A DNA stretch of 64,000 bases from Dehalococcoidia bacterium (lineage in GTDB: Bacteria; Chloroflexota; Dehalococcoidia; UBA6926). The notes under the pieces are model-generated. The model searched no databases, was not told the origin of the DNA, and saw only the letters and a program-made list of their open reading frames with translations. Within the stretch, counting starts at the first letter, position 1. Each line of letters begins with the position of its first letter. Shown piece after piece: positions 19,985 to 27,661 of this stretch. Position numbers and translations under genes: made by a program. The stretch lies in NCBI GenBank assembly GCA_965243495.1, contig CBDEUZ010000007.1, positions 30,817-94,816 on the forward strand. The letters are read 5' to 3'.

Positions 19985-20464
19985 TCACCTGGAGAGTTGT
20001 TCCGCCGCGAATTCAATCGCGAGGACGATGTTTTGGTATCCCGTGCATCGGCACATGTTGCCTGCAAGCGCGTGGCGGATCTCGTCGCGGCTCGGATTCG
20101 GGTTCTCGTTGAGGAGTGCCTTGGACATCATCAACATGCCGGGCGTGCAGAATCCACATTGAAGGCCGTGCTTCTCCGCGAACGCCTGTTGAATTGGGTG
20201 CAACGTCCCGTCCGCGTGAGCAAGCCCCTCCACGGTCTCGATCTGCTGGCCGTCCGCCTGCGCGGCGAGCATGGAGCATGATTTGACCGCTTCTCCATTG
20301 AGCAGAACGGTGCATGAGCCGCACTGGGACGTATCACAGCCGACATGCGTTCCGGTCAGGCCGATGACATCCCGGATGGCGTGGACAAGCAGTAAGCGTG
20401 GTTCAACCTCTATGGAATGCTCGGAATTGTTGACGGTTAGCGTGATTGACACTGATTCAGCCAT
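19985..20464 (-). CDS. Mo-hydroxylase 2x[2Fe-2S] small subunit (CoxS-like)
   Basis: GCDTSQCGSCTV, KSC, QCGFCTPG, NMCRCTGY motifs. Confidence 0.95.
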   Translation of the reverse strand: MAESVSITLTVNNSEHSIEVEPRLLLVHAIRDVIGLTGTHVGCDTSQCGSCTVLLNGEAVKSCSMLAAQADGQQIETVEGLAHADGTLHPIQQAFAEKHGLQCGFCTPGMLMMSKALLNENPNPSRDEIRHALAGNMCRCTGYQNIVLAIEFAAEQLSR

Positions 20465-20543
20465 AGCGCGGTAAGTCTCCCCTCCTAATCGCACCTGTGG
20501 CGATGCTATTCCCACGCGGCGCGGGCGGTCAACACTTGACCGT

Positions 20544-20987
20544 CTATTGAGACGCGGCGGCCTCCCGCGAGAGGGCATCAAAGAACTGCCCCATCAGCAT
20601 CCGTACCGCGGTCTGGATCATGCGCGAGCCGATCTGCGCCAGCGTTCCACCCACCTGGGCGTCCGCCTCAACTTCAACGAGAGTGCTGTCGCCGTCCTCG
20701 GTGAGGTTGATCTTCCCCTCGCCTGACACAAAGCCCGTCGGCCCCTGACCGCTCAAGGTCATCTTGTAAGTCTCCGGCACGGCCACATCCTCGATTTCAA
20801 CCGAGCCGCTGAACCGTCCCCTTATTGGCCCAACGCCTACGGCCAATGTCGCGGAGAATTTTTGGGGCGTTTCAGCGTCCAGCGACTGACATCCCGGCAC
20901 CATTCTTTGCAGGGCATCCGGGTCATGCAGCAGTTCCCACACGCGCTCACGCGAAGCGGGGACAGTGTGGCTGCCGGTGATGTTCAT
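20544..20987 (-). CDS. CoxG/SRPBCC-family accessory protein
   Basis: VWELLHDPDAL...PGC and GGTLAQIGSRMI patterns; adjacent to coxS. Confidence 0.88.
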   Translation of the reverse strand: MNITGSHTVPASRERVWELLHDPDALQRMVPGCQSLDAETPQKFSATLAVGVGPIRGRFSGSVEIEDVAVPETYKMTLSGQGPTGFVSGEGKINLTEDGDSTLVEVEADAQVGGTLAQIGSRMIQTAVRMLMGQFFDALSREAAASQ

Positions 20988-20992
20988 GCGGG

Positions 20993-21985
20993 TTAGTCGG
21001 CCCGCCCCGCGACGGGAGTAGCCGGACGCGGGGGTTCAATGGCCACGCGCATTCCCTCTTCAAGCTGGCCGCGTATATCGTTGATGCTGTTGAGGCGGTG
21101 CGTCTCCACGTAGGTGTTCAGGCCCTCAATGACATCCAGCATCGTTGTGGGGCGAGTGAAATTGGCAGTGCCGACAGCAATGGCCGTCGCACCCGCCAGG
21201 ATGAACTCCAACGCATCTTTGGTGGACGTGATACCGCCGATGCCGACGACGGGCAGCGACACTGCGGCGCACACCTGCCACACCATTCGGACGGCGATGG
21301 GACGGATGGCAGGGCCGGAAACACCGCCGGTCATGGTACCCGTAACGGTTCGGTGGTTATCCACGTCAATGACCATGCCGGACAGCGTGTTGATGGCTGA
21401 AATGGCCGTCGCGCCGCCCTGCTCGGATGCCTGCGCGATGTCTGCGATGTTGGTGATGTTGGGGGTGAGCTTGGCGATGACAGGGCCATCGAAACGGTCG
21501 GACACGCCGCGCACCACTCGTTCGACATTGGCCGGGCTCGCGCCGATCTCCATGCCGCCCGCCTCAAGGTTGGGACATGAGATGTTGACCTCAAGTCCCG
21601 CGACGCCCGACTCGCCGTTCAGACGTTCGGCAAGTCGGTCGTATTCCTCGATCCCCAACCCGCCAATGCTCACGATGACGGGTGAATCATACTTCGTGTA
21701 CTCGGGCAAGAGTTCGGTCAGGAAATTCTCGACACCGCGCGACGGGATGCCGATGGAGTTGAGCATTCCGGCGGGGGATTCGGCGGTGCGGGGGGCGGGA
21801 TTGCCCGCCCGTTCGCCGTAAAAGATGGTCTTGGGAACGAGCGCGCCGAGTTGGCCGAGGTCGAACAGGGTTCCCATCTCCGGCCCGAAACAGCCGGATG
21901 CAGGCATGACCGGGTTCTTGAGGGTCAGCCCGGCTCCGAGGTCAACCCCTAGCCTGCTATCGGTCTCAGTATCCTGTACGGCCAT
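20993..21985 (-). CDS. pyrD: Dihydroorotate dehydrogenase class 1B catalytic subunit (or paralog)
   Basis: LKNPVMPASG, GNPAPR, GMLNSIG, EVNISCPN (catalytic Cys), KLTPN, GGVSGPAIRP. Confidence 0.9.
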   Translation of the reverse strand: MAVQDTETDSRLGVDLGAGLTLKNPVMPASGCFGPEMGTLFDLGQLGALVPKTIFYGERAGNPAPRTAESPAGMLNSIGIPSRGVENFLTELLPEYTKYDSPVIVSIGGLGIEEYDRLAERLNGESGVAGLEVNISCPNLEAGGMEIGASPANVERVVRGVSDRFDGPVIAKLTPNITNIADIAQASEQGGATAISAINTLSGMVIDVDNHRTVTGTMTGGVSGPAIRPIAVRMVWQVCAAVSLPVVGIGGITSTKDALEFILAGATAIAVGTANFTRPTTMLDVIEGLNTYVETHRLNSINDIRGQLEEGMRVAIEPPRPATPVAGRAD

Positions 21986-21988
21986 CCC

Positions 21989-22906
21989 CTATACAGTAAC
22001 GCCTGCCGGGTGGCAGCGAAAGACGGGGCCGTCGCGGCACACCAGCGGCGACTCCGCCGACTCTCCAAACGCGCCCGTCGCGCAGGAATGACAGTAGCCC
22101 AGTCCGCAGGCCATGTGGGCCTCGAGGGAGACATAGGTCTCAACGTCAGCGGGAGCTGCAAGCCGGGTTGTCAACTCGATCAGGCGGTTGGAACCGCAGA
22201 CGTACGCCTGCTGCACGCGGCCCGACTCGATGATCTCGCTGATCCACGGCTCCACGTTCCTGACATCACTGCTACCGTCCGCGTCATCGACATAGAGGGC
22301 GTTGCCACGCGCCTTCTTGATGATGTCTTTCCCGAGCACAACGTCCTTGTTGCGCGCGCTGAACACAGCGTAGACCTCGGTGTTTTGCTGTCGTGCTGCG
22401 TCGATTAGCGTCGTCAATGAGCAGACACCTATCCCGCGTCCAACAATCAGGATGCCGTTGGCATCGTCAGCAATCGGGAAGGGCCGGCCAACTGGACCGA
22501 CAATTTCAACAATATCTCCCGCCCTGCGTTGGGCCATGGCAGCCGTGCCATACCCCACAACGCGGTAGACGAAGTCGGCAGTCCCTGCAGCCTTGTCATA
22601 GCGGTACACGGCCATGGGACGCGGAAGGATGGGGTGGACATCGGTGGCCGCGCCGGGTCGAATGACGCCGAACTGCCCCGGCTCGCCGTTCGCCAGTGCC
22701 TCGGAGCGCACGCGCATCAGATAGTGTTCCGGCGCAATCTCGTCGTTGGAAATAATCTCGGTTTCAACGAACGTCGCGGCGGGCGCTTGATGGCCGTTCG
22801 TCTGCATCACTTCAAGCCGCACGCTGGAGGGCAGACGGAGTTGCGGGACATGCGTGCCCGCAAAAACGGGAATCGTCCCGTTGGCGTCCATGAGTTCTGA
22901 TGTCAT
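21989..22906 (-). CDS. pyrK: Dihydroorotate dehydrogenase electron-transfer subunit (FAD, [2Fe-2S])
   Basis: PGQF, LPRPMAV, GPVG, SLEAHMACGLGYCHSC...VCRDGPVF. Confidence 0.88.
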   Translation of the reverse strand: MTSELMDANGTIPVFAGTHVPQLRLPSSVRLEVMQTNGHQAPAATFVETEIISNDEIAPEHYLMRVRSEALANGEPGQFGVIRPGAATDVHPILPRPMAVYRYDKAAGTADFVYRVVGYGTAAMAQRRAGDIVEIVGPVGRPFPIADDANGILIVGRGIGVCSLTTLIDAARQQNTEVYAVFSARNKDVVLGKDIIKKARGNALYVDDADGSSDVRNVEPWISEIIESGRVQQAYVCGSNRLIELTTRLAAPADVETYVSLEAHMACGLGYCHSCATGAFGESAESPLVCRDGPVFRCHPAGVTV

Positions 22907-24237
22907 TCGGCAACCTCTTTCGTCAGGAAAGTATCGATGTCCCGGATGCTCTCCCCGAGCGCCCGCGCTCCGATGGTGATGTCATCCATACTCGTCCACT
23001 CCTCCGGGCAGTGGCTGAGACCATCGCGGCTGGGCACGAAGAGCATTGCGGTGGGAATAGCGCGCGAGAGGATGCCGGCATCATGACCTGCCCCGCTCGT
23101 TGTCACACGGTGCGGAACATCAAGGCGGTCTGTGGCTGCAGTCGTCAGATCACGCAGCCACTTGGGCAGCACCACGGGCGACGTATCGGACACAACCTCC
23201 CACTCGCACCGCAGACCTCTTCGCGCGGCTGTTTCCTCTGCGCGGGAGACGATGTCCCGCGTCGTCAGGCGCTGACGGTCGCTGTCCACGTCGCGCACAT
23301 CAAGATAGAACTCTACGTCGCCGGGAATGGTGGTGATGCTGTTGGGAAAGACGTGCAGGCGTCCAACCGTGGCAACGGTGGCGCGACGGCGCGGCTCGTT
23401 GGCAATGGATTCCGCGGCAAGGATGACCTCGGCGGCGGCGGCCAGGGCGTCACGACGCTGCGACATGGGCGTGCCGCCGGAGTGGTCCTGCCGGCCCTTT
23501 ATCGCAAGACGGATTCGGGTGTTCCCGGCAATGGCGTCGACAAGACCAATGCGTTCTCCGCCCTCTTCCAACGATCGTGCCTGCTCAATGTGCAGTTCCA
23601 GGAACGCGGCGAGAGTGTTGGGCGCCCATCGGGCCTGCGCCAGGGCAAGCGGATCGAAATTCGCGGCTCTCATGGCTTGCGCCAGCGTGATACCGTTCGC
23701 GTCCCGGAGCCGTTCCATATCCGCGTCTTGCAGTACGCCGGCGATGGCCTTACTGCCTAAGCATGGCTCGCCGAATCGCGCGCCCTCCTCAGAGGCAAAG
23801 GCGACCACCATGAGAGGGTGGGTCGTCTTGATGTCCGCCTCAGCGAACATGCGGATGACTTCCAATGCGGTAAGCACGCCGATGGCGCCGTCGAATCGTC
23901 CGCCGTGCGGCACGGAGTCTAGGTGCGAGCCGAAGCCAATGGCGGGGCGCGCAGGGTCGGTTCCGGCGAGCGTTCCGATCGTGTTGCCGAAACTGTCCGT
24001 ACGGACGGAGAGGCCCATGTCTACCATCCATCCCGAGACAAGTTCATGGGCGGCGCGTTCTTCCTGCGAGAAGGGAATGCGAGAGACGCCGCCTCCCGGC
24101 TCCGCGCCTATCGCGGAGAGGAGTTCAAAGTCGGCGGAGATACGGCCGGGATCGGCGCGCAACTCGGCAGCAACGGCCTCGGCTTCCTCCGCCACGTCCG
24201 TCGATTCCGCGTTCCGTTCCTGCTCAGTCGTTGCCAT
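22903..24237 (-). CDS. M20 Zn-dependent N-carbamoyl-amino-acid hydrolase (allantoate amidohydrolase/beta-ureidopropionase family)
   Basis: GSHLDSVPHGGRFDG, FASEEGARF, ELHIEQ, DHSGGTPM, SGAGHDA, SHCPEEW. Confidence 0.92.
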   Translation of the reverse strand: MATTEQERNAESTDVAEEAEAVAAELRADPGRISADFELLSAIGAEPGGGVSRIPFSQEERAAHELVSGWMVDMGLSVRTDSFGNTIGTLAGTDPARPAIGFGSHLDSVPHGGRFDGAIGVLTALEVIRMFAEADIKTTHPLMVVAFASEEGARFGEPCLGSKAIAGVLQDADMERLRDANGITLAQAMRAANFDPLALAQARWAPNTLAAFLELHIEQARSLEEGGERIGLVDAIAGNTRIRLAIKGRQDHSGGTPMSQRRDALAAAAEVILAAESIANEPRRRATVATVGRLHVFPNSITTIPGDVEFYLDVRDVDSDRQRLTTRDIVSRAEETAARRGLRCEWEVVSDTSPVVLPKWLRDLTTAATDRLDVPHRVTTSGAGHDAGILSRAIPTAMLFVPSRDGLSHCPEEWTSMDDITIGARALGESIRDIDTFLTKEVAE

Positions 24238-24715
24238 CAGTTCCTGCCTCTATCGTCACAAGGGAAAGCTCCCCTGCGATCGCCCCCACCCCAACCAGAG
24301 ACGCGGTGACCGCCAGCCTGCCGCCTCTGTTCTCGACGAATGCTCTTGCGAGATTGGCATCGCGTTCGCTCAGTGTCACGCCGATGAGGGCGACTTCCTG
24401 ACCCGCCTCAACGTTGCCGGAAGCCGTAACAAGCCCCTCTGCGTCAGACAGCAGGACGACGGGTTTGTCTGCCTGCACACCGACGGCGAACGCCAGAACG
24501 ATGTTGCCCAGCCCCGGCCACGCGGCGATGATATCAGGCGCGGGGGACGGCAGCGCCTCCGAGAGGCATTCGGCCAGTTCGGAGACGGCCGTGGGGTTGG
24601 CCAGCGGCTCCATAGCCCCGGCAACTAAAGCGCTTTGCCCGTCAGCGTCCTCGGCTTGCCCTTCAATAAGGCAGCCGGTGGACTTCAATAGGTTGACTAT
24701 CTGCGATTCATTCAT
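24224..24715 (-). CDS. Degenerate orotate-phosphoribosyltransferase-like protein
   Basis: Colinear with OPRT (LLKSTGCLIEG; LANP..VSELA; PDIIAAWPGLGNIVLA; GQEVALI; RGG) but lacks the EDVxTTG PRPP motif. Confidence 0.65.
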   Translation of the reverse strand: MNESQIVNLLKSTGCLIEGQAEDADGQSALVAGAMEPLANPTAVSELAECLSEALPSPAPDIIAAWPGLGNIVLAFAVGVQADKPVVLLSDAEGLVTASGNVEAGQEVALIGVTLSERDANLARAFVENRGGRLAVTASLVGVGAIAGELSLVTIEAGTDGND

Positions 24716-24716
24716 T

Positions 24717-24892
24717 TGAATACTGTAGCGCGTTTATCGGACTACTTGTATCAACGTCCGATTGTACATGGGAAGCGTGTTGTGACGTTGACTCGTTAAG
24801 CGCGCTACCTGTTGTCACGTCGATTCGTTTTAGAGCTACTTGTTGCCATGCTGATTCGTTCTTAGGTCTAGGTGTTGTGACGTTGAAAAGTA
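24717..24892. repeat. Imperfect tandem array, 31/32-bp period, about 5 units
   Basis: Units at 24779 GTTGTGACGTTGACTCGTT, 24811 GTTGTCACGTCGATTCGTT, 24842 GTTGCCATGCTGATTCGTT, 24874 GTTGTGACGTTGAA; degenerate units at 24748 and 24717. Confidence 0.8.
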
Positions 24893-25450
24893 CTAGATGC
24901 CGAGGTCGCTCCGCCTGAACAGGGCGCGGAGTTGGTAGCCCGCGGCGGCAAGATACTGCTGCGCCCCCTCCTCACGATCAATCACGACCAGCACATCGGA
25001 AACGGTCGCGCCGGCGGCTCTGAGGGCGATACCCGCCTCGATGGCCTGGCTGCCCGTCGTCACCACGTCCTCCACAAGCAGGACGCGCTCGCCCGCAAAG
25101 AGTTCACCCTCCACAACGTTGCCCGTCGCGTATGATTTTTGCTCTTTCTTGACGATCACGAACGGCAGGCCCATCTCGAGGGAGAGGGCGGTTGCTAGGG
25201 CCACCGCGCCGAGCTCCGGGCCGGCGATGCGATCCGTGCCGGGCGGGACAAGCTCTGCCATGAACGCCGCCAAACGGCGCAGGATGCTGGGCTTGGTCTC
25301 AAAGAGGTACTTGTCGAAATAGTAGTTGCTGGTGCGGCCGGAGCGGAGAACAAAGCTGCCGCGCAGATAGGCGGCGCTGAGCAGATCACGGCCAAGCTCC
25401 GTAATGCGCTGCTCACGCGACAGGCCAATCGACCGGCTCAAAGTCGCCAT
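24893..25450 (-). CDS. pyrE: Orotate phosphoribosyltransferase
   Basis: FVLRSGRTSNYYFDK, GPELGAV, VLLVEDVVTTGSQ, VIDREEG. Confidence 0.92.
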   Translation of the reverse strand: MATLSRSIGLSREQRITELGRDLLSAAYLRGSFVLRSGRTSNYYFDKYLFETKPSILRRLAAFMAELVPPGTDRIAGPELGAVALATALSLEMGLPFVIVKKEQKSYATGNVVEGELFAGERVLLVEDVVTTGSQAIEAGIALRAAGATVSDVLVVIDREEGAQQYLAAAGYQLRALFRRSDLGI

Positions 25451-25595
25451 GTGTGGGTCTCCTTCCCGCGCTGCTTATCCCAATTGCACCATCGGCATCC
25501 CGTTAATGGTACTAGATTCGCCAAGCGGCGCCCGTGCGGGCGTGGGCGCTACAATAACGATTGATTAAGTTGGGGCACTCAAGGAGCTCGCGCCA

Positions 25596-26579
25596 GTGAA
25601 GCAACTCCCTCTCCTACTAGCAAGCACTCTACTATTTGTACTGCTTGCGATGTCTTGCAGGGAGGAGGACTCGACGCAGTCAGTTCCCTCGTCCACAGTA
25701 ATCTCGGACGCAATCTCCACATCTGTTCCTGTCACTCCGGCTACCGCGACACCTGCGCCGACGTTCACACCCGTGCCCACCGATACACCGACGCCCACGC
25801 CGACTGCCACCGCGACACCGCCGCCAACGGCCACTCCCACGCCGGTTCCTCCCACTCCTACACCGGTGCCTCCAACGCCTACCCCGGTACCCCCGACTCC
25901 CACGCCGGAGCCGGTAGTAAAGTCTTTCTCGGATGAATTCGTACAAAACTCGCTCGTGAGAGTCCGAGCGTATATCGACGATTACAGCTACTACATAGGT
26001 ACAGGGGTAATCATCAGGCGCGAAGGGCAAGAATATATAGTTACCAACCGGCACGTCGTAGAGGATAGAGACGACATAAGGATATTCGGAGAGGCTTATG
26101 GATTCGCGCGACCACAGAGTATCGCTATCGCTTCAGAGTACGACGTGGCGATTTTGACTCCAACAATAAATCAGCAACGCCTTAATGTATCGGACTATGG
26201 GTTAGAGCTGGCGCCAAAAGATGCCGACCCGCCATCGACGGCATGGTTTGGCCTATTCAGGAACAATGCGGCAAACACAACGCATATTGCTCCTGCAACA
26301 TACTGCGACACTTCTACCATCATGGGTACTGAAAGCTGGGTTTACGACCTAACCACATTCAGGGGCACATCAGGGTCACCAATCATAAACTCGCAGGGTC
26401 ATCTAATTGCAGTACATTGGGGCATCTTGAGCGGAAGGGGCACTTGTAGAGAGGCGGGCCTGGACGCAGCAAAGGGATATGCCTCCGTAGGAGAATCCTA
26501 TTCCGTCCCAACACATGCCATTCACGATTTATTCGATGAGATGGCTACAGAGGACGCGGACGGGGAGTCCGCCAGTTGA
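25596..26579 (+). CDS. Lipoprotein with Pro/Thr linker and trypsin-like (S1) serine protease domain
   Basis: Lipobox LAMSC; (PT)n tract; IVTNRHVV (His), YDVAIL (Asp), GTSGSP (Ser). Confidence 0.8.
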   Translation: MKQLPLLLASTLLFVLLAMSCREEDSTQSVPSSTVISDAISTSVPVTPATATPAPTFTPVPTDTPTPTPTATATPPPTATPTPVPPTPTPVPPTPTPVPPTPTPEPVVKSFSDEFVQNSLVRVRAYIDDYSYYIGTGVIIRREGQEYIVTNRHVVEDRDDIRIFGEAYGFARPQSIAIASEYDVAILTPTINQQRLNVSDYGLELAPKDADPPSTAWFGLFRNNAANTTHIAPATYCDTSTIMGTESWVYDLTTFRGTSGSPIINSQGHLIAVHWGILSGRGTCREAGLDAAKGYASVGESYSVPTHAIHDLFDEMATEDADGESAS

Positions 26580-26670
26580 TTCACTTGGTTGATGGGTAGC
26601 GTGCGCGACCAGCCGCTACAATAGCGAATGATTGACCGGCCGCATTTGAGGGACTGGGGAGTTTTCGTTC

Positions 26671-27657
26671 ATGCACATCGATACGCACAATCATTTCGCC
26701 GTTCCTGAATACATCAACCTTCTGCTGAATCGAAAAACGTTCCCCTATATGGAACGCAGCGGCGATGACATCCTCTTCCACGTCAGCAACATGGATACCT
26801 ACACCATGCCCGCCGGCATGTTCCGGTTGGAGACGCGTGTCGATGACATGGACGAGGCGGGTGTAGACATGCACGTGATGAGCTGCATTGTTCCCGCAGG
26901 CGAGGTGGCGGATGATCCCGTGCTGAACGTGGAGCTTGCGGCGGCGGCGAACGAGGGCATCGCGCAGATTCAGAAGGACAGCCCGGATCGATTCGTGGGA
27001 ATGGGAACGCTGCCGCTGCTCAACCCGGACGCGGCAGTCAAGGAGCTGGATCGCGCTGTGAATGACCTTGGTCTGGGCAGCATGATGCTCACCTCGAACG
27101 TGGCGGGCAAGCAGCTGCATGAAGAGGATCTTTGGCCTGTCTATGAGCGGGCGGAGGAGTTAGGTGTCGTGATGATGATCCACCCCAGCTGGCCCGTGAT
27201 GGCTCACCACATGGAGGGCTGGACAATGGCCGTCAATATGGGGTTCCTCTTTGACTCATCAACCGCCATGATGCGCATCATCCTCAGCGGTGTCATGGAG
27301 AAGTACCCGAACCTGCAGTTCGTCCTGTGCCACCTCGGCAGCACCCTGCCCTTCCTCATGGGGCGGCTGAATCGCACCGGAGGCCCCCGCGCCGGCCACT
27401 GGGGCGAAAACGACAAGGGCCCCTGGGAGTATTTCAAGAAGGTCCATATTGACACCGTTTCGCGACTCAGGCCGGCCATCATGTTCGCCCGCGAGCTGAT
27501 GGGCAACGACATGATCATGTTCGGAACAGACTATCCGTACACGACGATCCCGCCGATGAAGGCCGACGTGACGGAGCTTGATCTGCCTGAGGACGATCGG
27601 GCTGCGATTCTGGGCGGCAACGCGGCGCGGCTGTTTGGGATTGAGGAACGCGGGTAA
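26671..27657 (+). CDS. Amidohydrolase_2 family protein (ACMSD/uracil-5-carboxylate decarboxylase-like)
   Basis: IDTHNH, MMIHP, CHLG, MFGTDYPY, ILGGNA..LF. Confidence 0.88.
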   Translation: MHIDTHNHFAVPEYINLLLNRKTFPYMERSGDDILFHVSNMDTYTMPAGMFRLETRVDDMDEAGVDMHVMSCIVPAGEVADDPVLNVELAAAANEGIAQIQKDSPDRFVGMGTLPLLNPDAAVKELDRAVNDLGLGSMMLTSNVAGKQLHEEDLWPVYERAEELGVVMMIHPSWPVMAHHMEGWTMAVNMGFLFDSSTAMMRIILSGVMEKYPNLQFVLCHLGSTLPFLMGRLNRTGGPRAGHWGENDKGPWEYFKKVHIDTVSRLRPAIMFARELMGNDMIMFGTDYPYTTIPPMKADVTELDLPEDDRAAILGGNAARLFGIEERG

Positions 27658-27661
27658 CAGG

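Noticed and set aside
23327-24628. 433-aa plus-strand ORF, and similar long shadows such as 34782-36080 and 18694-19569
   Set aside because: Antisense to well-supported genes in GC-rich DNA, with no recognisable motifs.
24717-24892. CRISPR array
   Set aside because: Period is only 31-32 bp, the 12-13 bp 'spacers' resemble each other, repeats are degenerate and there are no cas genes; kept as a regulatory-type repeat instead.
24716-25595. PyrR-binding attenuator near pyrE
   Set aside because: No UCCAGAGAGG-type binding loop or U-tailed attenuator hairpin was seen.
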